A stretch of DNA of 63,345 nt, filler included, from Reclinomonas americana ATCC 50394 (Eukaryota), in assembly GCA_048213135.1 (NCBI GenBank). It is 19 parts of 19 records of this genome, joined end to end, with 100 filler letters (N's around TTAATTAATTAA, not from the genome) between each part and the next. Parts side by side here need not be neighbours in the genome. Positions count along the whole stretch, not along the records: positions 29,266 to 31,326 come from AFZH01019358.1; positions 31,427 to 33,435 come from AFZH01019359.1; positions 33,536 to 37,724 come from AFZH01019361.1; positions 37,825 to 39,889 come from AFZH01019362.1; positions 39,990 to 42,747 come from AFZH01019363.1; positions 42,848 to 46,772 come from AFZH01019364.1; positions 46,873 to 49,708 come from AFZH01019365.1; positions 49,809 to 54,389 come from AFZH01019367.1; 11 more parts are not named here. One strand, given 5' to 3'. The position numbers were made by a program, and so were the translations under genes. Shown piece after piece: positions 30,092-50,248 of the stretch (positions are counted from its first letter, which is position 1; every line of letters starts with the position of its first letter). The notes beneath the pieces are model-generated. The model saw only the letters and a list, made by a program, of their open reading frames with translations, was not told the origin of the DNA and made no database searches.

Positions 30092-32651
30092 TTAACCCAT
30101 ATTGTTGTTATTGTTGACGATTGTGGCGGCATCATGATTCCGCGTGCCCCTGCTGTACCCAATCGTGTCCCACAGATCGCAGTACTTGGCGTATCTCTGG
30201 CTCACTCGCGTGGTGGGCGAGGGGAGCGTGGCGTCAAACACCAGGCCCGGCTGCTCGTCGGGCGACCAGTTGGGCCACAGGCTGTCGTCCTGGTCGCTGG
30301 TGCCCTTGGCAAACGACGTCCAGTGGGCGGCCATGGACTCGGTGAGCGCCAGATCGCCATCAGAGTAGGTGATATTCATGAGGCCAGCAGCGTTGGCGAA
30401 CACGTAGCACAGCTCCGCGCTGTGGCACGTGCTGCTCGGCATGGGTGTGAGGCACCAAGATTGCGACAGGTGAGGAGGGAGGCAGTGCGTAACGCAACTG
30501 ATTGCGGCAGAAAGAGAATCGTTCCGACTGTGAGCAGAACGACGAGGGTTGTGAGCAACAACACGCTAGAGGAGGCAGAACAGCACCACAGGATCGCGCG
30601 GAGACGTTACACACAGAATAGACTGAGAAAAAGGAAAGAATTGTCTTGCATCATAAGATTTGAACACGAAGAGAGAGAAAGAGAACGAGCAAAAGGCTTG
30701 ACCTCCCCCCACTCCACGCACCCACAGGCTCTCGTACGGCGGTGCGCGGTCAAAGTAGTACACATGGAGTGGCTGTGCGGGGAAGCGCAAACGCAGCGCG
30801 CGGACCACGGCACGATTCGGGCAGGCAAACATCCAGTGTGTGGCGATCTGCGCATCATGATGAGATGATCAGCGAGAGCAAGAAACCGCGGGTGAAAATC
30901 ATGTAACCTCGGACAGCACGTCGCGGCAGTCGTTTCCGGCACATGAGCCGTAGAGCGAGCGAACTGAAATAGAAGCAGGTAAGGAAGCGCCCTTCCATCC
31001 CCTTGGCAACACAACACGCAACTGCTCTCCACGTGCCGCGCGCCAAACAACACAGCCAGCGCGGCATCGAGTTCCACAGGCAACACGGCCTTGTGCAGTG
31101 CCACGTAGATGAAGGTGTGTCCCTCTTCGCGGTTGTTGCCGACAATCATGGGCACGGCGTCGTTCACGCGTCCGGCCTGGCACGTATGGCAATGGTGAGG
31201 ACGATGAGGGAGAGGAAAGGAGGGTGAGAGGAGAAGGGGGAAGAGGAGGGGGAAGAGAAGGGGGAAGACAAGAGGAAGAGAAGGGGAAGACAAGGGGAAG
31301 ACAAGGGGAAGACAAGGGGAAGACAANNNNNNNNNNNNNNNNNNNNNNNNNNNNNNNNNNNNNNNNNNNNTTAATTAATTAANNNNNNNNNNNNNNNNNN
31401 NNNNNNNNNNNNNNNNNNNNNNNNNNGGGAGAAGACAAGGGGAAGACAAGGGGAAGACAAGGGGAAGACAAGGGGTAAGAGCAAGTGGTAAGAGCAAGGG
31501 GGAAGACAAGGGAAAGACAAGGGGAAGACAAGGGGAAGACCAGGGGAAGAGAAGGGAGAAGACAAGGGAGAAGAGAAAAGGAAAGACGGAGGGGGAGAAA
31601 GAAGTGGGAGAAAGAAGGGGTTGACGAACGGGAATGGGGAGGCGAACGGGGAAGAGAAAGAAACAAAGAAAGAGAGGCGACAGGGAGGGAAAGGGAGAGA
31701 GGCGAGTAGCTGAGCTCTCTTTTCCAACACCCACCATCAGCAGGTCGACGGGCTGACCAGGCAGAGCGTCGGTGCCGGCAATAGGTGCCCATGGGTACAC
31801 GGCTGGTGCACGAAGTGAGACAACAGACACAATTGAGAGTTGCCCAACAAAGTGCACCTTCGAGCAGATCAACCACATCGAAATAGTTGGAGTGATCTTG
31901 CGCAGTGACCACATCTGCAACGCACACAGAAAGTGTTGGTGGCGGTGCGATCACAAGCAGCCAAAAACGGGACAACGCACCTGACCACGGCTTGCCACGC
32001 ATGCACTGCACGTCGTCGCGCGCACAGCCGACATGTTTCGCGAAGCTGGCTCCGACTTTTGTCGCCTGACTGCGATCGTGCAGCGGAAGCGAGAAGGGAT
32101 TCGAGTGCACAATGGCACGCGAAAAGAGTCCCTTCGATCGCACACAGAGTTAATGAGCGGAAGCTTGTGCACACACACTAGCGTGCACGCACTCACTTTG
32201 CTCTTCGGTGACACCACATGCACCGATACTGACGTACCGCCGGCTGACTGCCCAAACAGAGTCACATTTCGAGGGTCGCCACCAAACTGCGCAATGTTGG
32301 CCTGCACCCACTCCAGTGCCGCACGCTGATCCTCAATGCCATAGTCGCCCGCCAGCGATTCGGTGGCAAGAAATCCGAGAGCGCCCAGTCGGTAGTTGAT
32401 GGTCACCAGCACGATGCCACTCGTCGACACACCGTAGATGCCCTCAAAGGCGCGCGAGGAGCCTGCGCCATTCACAAACTGACCGCCGTGGATCCACACC
32501 ATGACGGGGCGCAGATTGCTGCCGGCGTCAAGAGGGGCCACCACGTTCAGATACAGGCAGTCCTCGGAAATGGTGGCGGGGCAGTCGTGAGGCAAGGGTG
32601 ACATGATCTCGCAGCCGGGTTGTGGGCAGCCGGGGGAGAGGTGTGTGGTGT
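30092..32651 (-). CDS. Type-B carboxylesterase (cholinesterase-like fold), 5' part lost in gap
   Basis: [59 protein letters not shown] (catalytic Ser), GNNREEG (Glu), [10 protein letters not shown] (His), WTSFAK. Confidence 0.92.
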
Positions 32652-32704
32652 CTGTGGAAGGAGGGAGGGGGGAAGGGCGGGGGAAGGTGAGAAGTGTGGA
32701 AAAG

Positions 32705-33345
32705 AGAATGCAGTGAGAAGAATGCAGTGAAAGAGGAGAATGCAGTGAGGAGAATGTAGTGAGAGAATGTAGTGAGAGAATGTAGTGAGGAGAACGCAGT
32801 GAGCAGAACGCAGTGAGGAGAACGCAGTGAGCAGAATGCAGTGAAGGAGGAGAATGAAGTGAGGAGAAGACAGTGAGGAGAATGCAGGGAGGAGAATGCA
32901 GGGAGGAGAATGCAGTGAGGAGAACGCAGCGAGGAGAATGCAGTGAGGAGAACGCAGTGAGGAGAAGTGAGGAGAACGCAGTGAGCAGAATGCAGTGAGC
33001 AGAATGCAGTGAGGAGAAGGCGGTTTGAGGAGAGGGCGGTGAGCAGAACGCAGTGAGCAGAGCGTAGTCAGGAGAATGCAGTGAGGAGAGTGCAGTGAGG
33101 AGAGTGCAGTGAGGAGAATGCAGTGAGCAGAATGCAGTGGAGAGCAGTGAAGGAGGAGAATGAAGTGAGGAGAAGACAGTGAGGAGTGCAGTGAAGGAGA
33201 ATGCAGTGAGGAGAATGCAGTGAGGAGAATGCAGTGAGGAGGATGCAGTGAGGAGAATGCAGCGGAGAGCAGTGAAGGAGGAGAATGAAGTGAGGAGAAG
33301 ACAGTGAGGAGTGCAGTGAAGGAGAATGCAGTGAGGAGAATGCTG
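32705..33345. repeat. 14-bp minisatellite (GAGGAGAATGCAGT) in a carboxylesterase intron
   Basis: Tens of degenerate tandem copies of gaggagaatgcagt. Confidence 0.9.
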
Positions 33346-34763
33346 AGAAGACTGCTGAAGACGAATAATTCTCCGTCTCCCATCAAGAACCCTGTAGCAT
33401 GACACACTCTCTCCCCTTCTCCCTCTCTCTCTCTCNNNNNNNNNNNNNNNNNNNNNNNNNNNNNNNNNNNNNNNNNNNNTTAATTAATTAANNNNNNNNN
33501 NNNNNNNNNNNNNNNNNNNNNNNNNNNNNNNNNNNCTACCGTTCTGCAAAAGGGGTCCATAGAAGACATGAGACACTTCCCGACAAAACGACTCGCAGTT
33601 TGGTGCCAACGGAGCACGTGACGACTAGTTATGAAGCGTGGACCCCTTGCCGAGTTTGTGCGAAATCGTAAGAGTTTTATGCGGTGCGACCAAAAAAGGG
33701 GTCCATCGATGTTTCCCGCTCTGATCGCCAGCCGATTTCATTCTTTTTGCGGTAGAAGTGTAGCCCAATCGTTTGCGAGCAAGTAGCAACTCGCCGCCAA
33801 GTTGGTGCTTGCGCCGTTGGCGAGAACTGGGTCGACTGTTTTGACCATCAGCTTGACCGATTTCTGATCAGTCAACCCAGAAAATTCCGCTCCGCGTTTG
33901 CAGCAGCTCTCTCACATTTCCACGCAACTTTCGCCTGCTCTGCTCACAAGTACCTACTTGCGCTGCCAGTGCGCTGCTTTGCTCCACGTTTTCTCGTTGC
34001 TCGAGGCCCCAGTGACTGCCTCCGAGCGGCTGGCCTCACTGAGTTCCTGGCAGTCGCGCGGGGGCGCACTGCGATGCCATGTGACTAGCGATGTCGACTG
34101 CCGTGTTATAAGCACTCGGGAGCACTGTGCGTCTCTCCGTTGAGTCCCTGGCCTCACGCACCCGGAAACGGTGAAAACGGCACGTGTGTGTGCCTCATTT
34201 TTTGCGTGTCACACAAATTTCCGTGTGCATTGAGACACGTCACCTTGCGCGCCATGGACTGGCGAGCAAGATGGCGCCTGCCAGATGCTGCCACAGTCGG
34301 TCGCCGATGAGGGAGATTTATTTTGGTGAAAAGTAACGGCCTTGTTGACTCCGTTTGGTGTTGCTGATTCGGTCGCAGAGGTCGACCCACGAACCCCCTT
34401 TGCGTGAAACTTGCACACCAGGGGCATTGGCACCCCTGCAAATGGCTGTCGAAGACGCGCGGTCGTAGGGTGAACCGACGATGAAGTGGAGCCATTCTGC
34501 GGAAACGTGTCTAAAAGTCCAAGGGGGCCATTTGAATCCACCATTGCTGCGTACCTGTTGCACGGTGAATCAAGTGTTTTGTTTATTTACGCCGGGCGGC
34601 GCTTATGCATTTTCACGTTGCCGAGATAAAGAGAACGTGCGTACAAATCGGGGATCAGAGAAGGGTGAATGAGCGGGAGGACAGTTCATTACCAAATACA
34701 TACACCGATTGCGGAATCCGCGACGATCATCGCGTGGCTGCACGCGCCGGTCTCTCACGGATC

Positions 34764-36216
34764 TCAAGGGATAAAGGCGGCGAGTGCGGCATCGACGGCA
34801 GCGTCGGCGGCCTCAGCATCGGCGACGGAGCCGATCGCGAGGTCGGGGTTGTATGGAATGTGCCTAAACCCGAGAGCATTCCACAGTGCCCGGCTAGACC
34901 CATTGAGAACATCGTCAATCCTCGTAGCGCGAAACATGGCTGCAGCGCGAGTACCCACTTGGCCAACTGCCTGGCCCCCTCCCAATGCCTTGACAACCAG
35001 TGCATCGCGGAATAATTTGATCAAGTCAGCGTTCCGACTTCCGTCTCCGCTCCACTCCTTCGCATCGATGACACAAACGGCATTAAACGGATCAACGGTA
35101 GAAGCGACGAGGATATCTGGAATCACACCCGTCTTGCAGCGTCTCACAAGTTTCCGATAATTTGGAGAGCTCCCGCGCGGAGGAGGAGGCAATCTATTGA
35201 GAAGTGGGACGAGATCATCCAGTTCCGTGTGAACAGCAGTCTTGAGATCGACAACATTCACGTTGCGCAGCGCGCACAGCTCGCCCAGTTTCAGAGTATT
35301 CAGCGATGGGCTGTGAAGGCGTGGATATTAAGAAGTAACTCGGCACGCTAAAGCAATAGCACGAACCGTCTAGCAGCGAGAAACCGATTGACGCGGTTCA
35401 TGCAAAGCGTCTGGTAGCCCATCGGGGCTCTAGTGATCACAACCTGTCCGCGAATCGCGTCGCGAACGACGCGGAGCGACACGCTATCTTCACCGGTACC
35501 GCGAGCCAAATTATGGATTTGGTTCACACAAAAGCGAATTTTTTCTGAAATGACCACCAGTGTAAGCGCGACACCACACACAGAATGAGCACGCGGATCA
35601 TACCTTCGCAATCATCACACATGTACATCCCGTAAATCTCGTCCTGCTGCGCGCACGCTTCACATACACGTTTCTCGCAAATTCTGCAATGCCGATAGTC
35701 GAAGTCAACAGAGCATTCGCGGAAGTCCTTTCGGCACACTGGGCACTCAATGAACTACGAAACAGCACAGTAAATAGTCTGCAATTCTTGCGTATTGGTC
35801 GCACACCCCTGACTCACACATGCACAATTGTCACACGAGCAAGTGCTCTCATAATCATCGCCCCGATCATCCTCGGCCGCGGTCAGGCATCGGCATTCAC
35901 GAGCAGCTCCAAACTCATCGCCGAGCTCGCCGCCTTCACCCGTGGAAGAACTCGAAATGGTGGTGCGCCTGCATATGCACAAAGCATAAATTTAAAATGA
36001 GCACTGCATCCTAAAGAACTGGCAGCCAACGAGCTCGACGAACGCAACTCAGAAGAGTCTTCGTCTCCACGAACACCGGAACCACCTGCTGCAAGGAAGA
36101 GTGAGTGTTCCCAAGTGCATATCATGTCCATGCTTGTGCGCATGCTCATGCCACGTCGTCAACTCTTGCGACGCACCTTCTTCAGCTCCCACATGGGAGA
36201 TTGCACTCGCACTCAT
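34764..36216 (-). CDS. FYVE-like zinc finger + PD-(D/E)xK nuclease-like protein (6 exons, 368 aa)
   Basis: Exons 36216-36177, 36088-36049, 35968-35818, 35754-35604, 35544-35367 and 35310-34764 join through five GT-AG introns into 1107 nt with no internal stop. Motifs CPVC..HCRICEKRVCEAC..MCDDC and KLGELCA..IPDILV..VCVIDAK. Confidence 0.7.
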
Positions 36217-36395
36217 TACAGCACCGATGTACTTCCAGAAACGCCAACACGCCCACGACAGACGAAAGAGGACGAAAGCTGTGCGTCATTGATTGTCACT
36301 CATTTGTCCATCCGCTGTGCTTGTTAGTCCCGCAAGTCGCACGAATGATGTTTGATCAAACGAGGAACAAAGAAAGAGAGAGCACTCAAATTCAA

Positions 36396-38846
36396 TTACA
36401 GGTACGAGTGCTCTCGAATAAGGGAAATGATCTTGTCGTAGATCTGCGCCTTGGCATTCAGTCCCCACTACATGTGCACACGCGTGATGAGAGAAATTTC
36501 GAGTGCATCGTCAACGACGCACACGCACCACAAAGCTGCCGTGCCCGAACGTGGGGTTCTCCTGCACGTACACCACCTTGTCCTTCGGCAACTCCGTGAG
36601 CGCCTTGGCGACATCGGTGGGATCTGAGTGCCAGAGAATGAGTGAGACAAGACAACACAGGAGGTCGCCCCTCGTGAGCTCCACAAACCAGCCAGCTTGT
36701 CCAGACCGCCGTGGAAGAGTGCGGTGCGAACGGCAAGCTTGCTCAGCTCGTACGGGGGCGGCGTGTCTTGTCCGTAGTGAGCACGGTTCTACAACGAAGA
36801 AATGAGATGGGGAGGACACGCAAAGAGAGCTTTAGCTGGAGGAAGCGTACCTTCGCCGGGCTGCCAAAGTCATACATCTGTACGACGCAAAGAATGAGCA
36901 ACAACAGCAATACTCGCAAATTCCCCAACAGAACGCACCTGGAAAGTGCCCGTTCGCACCGCTTGCGCCCAGCGGTCCATGTTCACCACGCTCGTCCCCG
37001 ACGGGTAGTGCTGCATGAGGAACGGCCAGCGGGTTTGGTTGAAGAACTGCGCGCACACAGTGAGGAGAGATTACGCGAGACGAGGAGAAAGAAAATGCAC
37101 ACCTGCTTGTCATCGCAGCCGGCCACTGCGCACAGCACATCGTCGCAGATCCACGGCGCAATCGTGCACACGCCCGGCAGCAGCTGCTCCAGCAGCGCAG
37201 TGTCGGGCAGGAAGCGGCGTACGCCCAGCAATTCCAGCAGGGCAGGCGCCGGCAGCTCGGCAATGGCCTTGAACAGGGGGCTTCCTGCAAGGGAATACGG
37301 TGATGAGTGCGAGGGGAGGGTGGGAAGTACGTGGCGACGGAGCGCGCGACGGACCTGGGTGTGCCACGTAGGCGACAGGCGCCAGAGCGATGAAAATGTT
37401 CTGCGCGGGAGGAGGGAGGGTTAGAGAGTGGGAGGTGGAAGAGGGAGGGAGACAGGGAGAGGGAGGGAGAGGGAGGGAGGGAGACAGGGAGGCAGGGAGA
37501 CAGGGAGGCAGGGAGACAGGGAGGCAGGGAGGCAGGGAGGGAATGAGGGAGGCAGGAGAAGGAAGAAGGAAAGAGAAGGGGTCAAGGAGCAAGAGCGATG
37601 AAAATGTTCTGCGCGTGAGGCGGGAGGGTTAGAGAGTGGGAGGAAGGAAGGGAGGGAGAGAGAGAGGAGGGAGGGAGGGAGGGAGAGGGAGGGAGGGAGA
37701 CGGAGAGGCAGAGAGACAGAGAGGNNNNNNNNNNNNNNNNNNNNNNNNNNNNNNNNNNNNNNNNNNNNTTAATTAATTAANNNNNNNNNNNNNNNNNNNN
37801 NNNNNNNNNNNNNNNNNNNNNNNNATAAAGAGAGCGTGTGTGCACGAGAGGGCGAGAGAGAGGGAACGGGAGGGAGGGCATCACGCAACGACACGACTGG
37901 CAATGTTCTTCGGGTTGCGCGAGAACAGCGCAAACGCCTGCGTGGTTCCCTGCGAGTGACCAACATACGACAACGACGCCGCCTGCGACTGCTGCAACAC
38001 ATACTCCAGAACCGCCGGCAGATCCACCAGCGCCAAGTCGTCCACCGTAAAGTCCCAGTACGCATCTAACAAGTGTCAGCAAAATGACACCCAGCAAACA
38101 GTCGCAATACACACCGGTCTCCGGGTTCAGAGGCTCCGAGTACGTCGAGCCGCGATCGTTGCCGAGCCACACTACGTGAATGAAAGTCAGCCACAGGCAA
38201 GTCCGTCCGCCCAGTGTCAAAAGATGTACCTTCGAACCCGGCATCATACAGCAGAAACGCCAAGGACTCGGAGGGGAGATTCATGGCCCATGTCATGGCC
38301 GAGTCGAGAATGCCATGTTGAAGGAACACTGCAGGAGGGAGAGAGAAGGGAGAGAAGGGAGAGAGAGAAAAGGAGAATGAGCGCGAATACTTGTCACACA
38401 ATCGCTAGCTCACTCACTCACTCGCACGATCACACACTTACACACACTTACACACACTTTTGCACTCTTTCACTCTCTCTCTCTCTCTCAATCTCTCTCT
38501 CTCACTCTCACTCTCTCTCTCACACTCTCTCTCTCTCTCTCTCAATCTCTCTCTCTCTCTCTTTCCGTCTCACCAACTGGCGACGCCGACGCATGCTTCA
38601 TCCGCTGAACAGACACATGAAAGCCGCTGGGCGTAAGCACATGATGGTCCTCACAGGGGTATCCGAATGAGTGAACTGTGAGTGTGAGAGTGAGAAGAGT
38701 GAGAGAGAGTGAAAGCATGACTTTAGAGACGCACTGATTTGTGTAATGTTCTGCACAGCGGTGAATCGCGCACTGGCAGTGTGCGTGATACAGAGCAACA
38801 CGACACAGGTGGCGAGCAGCAGCAGCAGCAGAGAGCGAGAGCGCAT
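36396..38846 (-). CDS. Secreted/lysosomal acid lipase family (alpha/beta hydrolase)
   Basis: Signal peptide [89 protein letters not shown]. Confidence 0.92.
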
Positions 38847-39493
38847 GTGCTCGTCAACGTCGGAGAATTATCAAATGTGTCCTGCAAGGAGCGTGGTTGA
38901 GCAGCGGGTGACTGTGTGCATATATACGTAGTGACATGCGTGGACACTGTGCATGAGGCGCACATTGTTTTACGCATGCAACGTCGAGAGTGTCGACGTC
39001 GGAAGTTTGATCATGATCCGGACACAGTTTCGTGGGCGTTTCTAAGACGCGTTATGGCGTCGTACCAGTCACTGTATACCCTGCCGAATCGCCCAGGGCG
39101 GGACGGTCCGCGGGACGGTCCGTGGGGGGTCGGCTCGGTCGAATCAAAACAGAACAATCGCGAGGAAATGGAATATGCGGTCGATCCCGCAGCATACTGG
39201 AGCCGTTGCAGTTCCTCTGTCGTACGACACGTGCTGCTGTTGTCTGCGTCTCGGCCCACTATCAAGCGCATGCGCTCGTCCGCAAGACAGCATGCAGCTT
39301 CGAATTCGAATTCGGGTTCCGCAAGACTCACACGAAAGAAAAGGATTCAGTTGCCGTGGGTTCTGTGCTTGTCTCTTATAGGTGAGTAACCAGACAAAGT
39401 GCATGAAGAGAGCAAGAGAAGCTCATGTTCGACAAACCCGATATTCATGAATTTTTGCCTGTTTCTCTTTTCGCGCGCTCGAGAAGAGTGAGA

Positions 39494-47119
<7,626 letters not shown>

Positions 47120-47200
47120 AAAAAAGGAATCCCGCACGCCCTTTTCCCTCACAAAATACACACATGCTAGTAGCGTCTTGTTTCATTATCAATTAGTGAA

Positions 47201-48412
47201 TCAGGGCACGGGCGCGGCTGCTGTCGGCGGCTCACACTCCACCACCACCACCTGCGAGCGTGCAGGGCACACCAGCAGCAACGACGCCGGCCAGCACAGC
47301 ACCGCCGACAACACCGGGCTGTCGGACCAGGCCATGGTCGCCGTGTGCGTCGCCACCAGCGCCGTCTCATTGCTCAACATCTCCACACGCAGGAGCGTCA
47401 ACGCGCGCTCATGGCACAGCACCAAGAGACCGACCGGACTGCGATACGTCACCGGCAACACCGCCGCCAGCGATGCCGCCTGCAGTGGCGCACTGAAGAG
47501 CGGCACCAGTCGCGTTCCATCGTACACCATTGGCGGCGACGACTCGCACAGCACCAGCGTATGCTGCCACGACAAGTACGCCATGTGCACCACTCGCGAC
47601 TCGGTCTCCAGCAGCACAGACGCCACGACGCCTTCCGCCTGCTGCTGCTGCGACACTGGCATTACATGCAAACCGGCTCCCTGCTGCGTGCCCACCAGCA
47701 GCGCCGACTCGGACAAGTGCATAGCTCCGACCAGTGCGCCCTCGGGAAGCCTCAATTCGCCCGCAGGAGTCGCCCGTTCGCCGTCCACGCGAAAGACACG
47801 TACACACCGTGCGCTATTCAACACCAGTGCCATGTGCTGCGCGCGACCTGTCATCCCCAACGATTGCCTGAAGAACAACAACTAAGGCGGAGGCCTAGGG
47901 GGAAATACAAGTAGAAGAAGACTGCGCAAGTTGCACCTCCACTCCTCCTCCTCCTCGACCGAGTCCGAGGAGAGCACAAGAGGCCGCACATTCGGAGGCT
48001 TGCCTGTGGCTGCTGCGCTCAACTCCTGCTCGACCTCGACCAGGCGAAGTTCACCAGTGCGCGATCGTGTGACTGCGACGACTTCGCCGACTCGCGACGT
48101 GAGGAATGCAGCGTCGAGGGCGTCGTGCACGGAGAACTCAACGTCCTGCCACACGCACGCGCGTGTGAGAGGCCGCGACAATAGCAACAGAGAGTGACAG
48201 TGAGAGAGAGACCTCCATGCATGAGTGGAATGATGCATCGCCCGTGTTGCTTAGACAGCAGAGATACTCGCCTGTGTATGTGTATAAGCGCCTTGTCTTC
48301 CCTTTCTCTTTCGCGCGCGCACAGACAATGCACACAAAACACCATTGAGATCGCTGAGCAACCGCGATGCGCGATCAGTGGAGATGCCACTGGCATAGCA
48401 CACGCTCTTCAT
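47201..48412 (-). CDS. Hypothetical protein, predicted beta-rich
   Basis: MKSVCYASGIS start, GT-AG introns, and a long last exon (47201-47881) with the local codon bias. No family recognised. Confidence 0.55.
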
Positions 48413-48443
48413 CCTCGCGTGTCTGTCTGTGTGTCTCTCTGCT

Positions 48444-49405
48444 TTACTGCCCAGTCTCCTCAATCTCGGCGCAGATCGACACGTCGACAGCCACGAATAC
48501 GTCCTTGATGTGCGACGGGATCTGCAGTGACGTGTTTTTGTCAGTCAAACGTCGCGTCTCTTTTGCACGAGGCGAGGCAGGCGTAACGAGGTGGATGAGG
48601 TTGAGGAGGCCTCCGCGAGCGATGCGCACTTGCGTGTCTTGTGCGAAGCCGAGCGCCTTGGAGTTGAGCAGCAGGTGGCATAATCGGTAGCTGCAAGCGT
48701 CGATGAGTTAGTTGCTTGTTCGTTTACGTGCTGTGTGAGGGCGAGAGACGCAACGTAAAGCTGACGGTTTCCATGCACGAGAACATGACAACGGCCTCGG
48801 CGTTGAACGGAATGGTGACTTCGCAGGTTCCTTGCGGGCCGTCGGTGGACAGGCGCACGCACGGCTCCGGCGACGACTGGCCCACAATGGTCAGCTCGAC
48901 GAAATCAGCGCCCGCCCACTCCATCTCCGCCACGGCCTCGCGTAGCGCCACACTGCGCAGAATCAACTCGCATGTGCACACGGCCGAACCAAAGCCGAGA
49001 TCGGGGATCTGGCCATGGAAGAGTGAGACAACTGCGCGATCATCATCATCGCGCGCACGCACGCACCTCCACTGGCAACGCCGTGCGCAGTGCACAATCG
49101 GTGACCACCGCATACTGCGCATCGCCCTCGGTCAACATGAGCACGAGCGACGACTCGTCGCCCGGATAGCAAATGTGCAGCGAGGTCGAGTCGGCCGAGG
49201 CCGAGCGATTCGAGCCGTACAAGTGGAGCGCATCCAGCAGATTGCCGAGGTGCAACGAGAAGCGAATCGGCGGCACCTCCCCGGGCGGCAGCGCAAAGGT
49301 GTACTCGCCGAATACCTCCTTGGCCATTTTGGCGCGGCCGACGACTACGCGGTCTTCCTCCGCCACGATGGTGATGCCGGATTTCGAGAGTTCGAAGAGG
49401 ATGGT
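48444..49405 (-). CDS. RAD1: Rad1 subunit of the 9-1-1 checkpoint clamp (5' partial)
   Basis: SKSGITIVAEEDRVVVGRAKMAKEVFGEYTF, FSLHLGNLLDALHLYG, LHICYPGDESSLVLMLTEG..VTDCALRT, LREAVAEMEW, LSTDGPQGTCEVTIP and KALGFAQDTQVRI match the Rad1/Rad17p/Rec1 pattern. Confidence 0.85.
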
Positions 49406-49515
49406 CTGAAAGGGGGAAGGGAGGGAGGGGAGGGAAGGGAGAAGGAGAATAATAAGGGATAGAGGGGGGGGGGGCAAGAGGGTGAGTGGAGAAGGCGAGG
49501 AGCGAGGAAGGGAGA

Positions 49516-49583
<68 letters not shown>

Positions 49584-49819
49584 GAGAGAAGAAAGGGAGG
49601 GAGAGAGAGGGAGAGAGAGACAGAGAAAGAGAAAGAGAGAGAGTGTGTGTGTGTGAGAGAGTGAGAGAGAGCAAGAGAGATGGGAGGGAAGGGCCCGGGG
49701 AGAGAGAANNNNNNNNNNNNNNNNNNNNNNNNNNNNNNNNNNNNNNNNNNNNTTAATTAATTAANNNNNNNNNNNNNNNNNNNNNNNNNNNNNNNNNNNN
49801 NNNNNNNNTACTACTACTA

Positions 49820-49889
<70 letters not shown>

Positions 49890-50248
49890 CCTCCCCTCCT
49901 CTCTCTCTCTCTCTCCGTACACGCACACACACGAGGCCGTCTGTGTTCTCCTCGATCTATGACTGTCAGACTCTTCTGGTCTCTTTTTTCCTCTCTCACT
50001 CCTCCCTCCCTCTCTCACATGTTCTTCGGAGCCCCTCAATGTTCTCGTCGATCTGTGACCTTCTCACACTCACTGTTGGGCTTTCTTTTGCTCTCTCTCT
50101 CTCTCTCTCCCAAACCACAACATGCATACTCCCGAGTGTCTCACTCTACACCTTCCTTCTCCCTTCTCCCTCCCTTCCTTCCCCCCTTCTCCCAGCCCTC
50201 TCCTCCTCCTCTTCCACCACCACCTGGGACTGCGAGTTGTTTGCGTGC

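Noticed and set aside
32547..33407. Long repetitive ORFs ([14 protein letters not shown]...) and a CRISPR-like periodic look
   Set aside because: Translation of an intronic 14-bp minisatellite. There are no unique spacers and no cas genes.
39011..39389. Overlapping short ORFs, a GCGGGACGGTCC direct repeat and a T-loop-like hairpin (TGCGGTCGATCCCGCA) between lipase and XDH
   Set aside because: No recognisable protein, and no complete tRNA cloverleaf or snRNA motif could be built. It is most simply promoter DNA.
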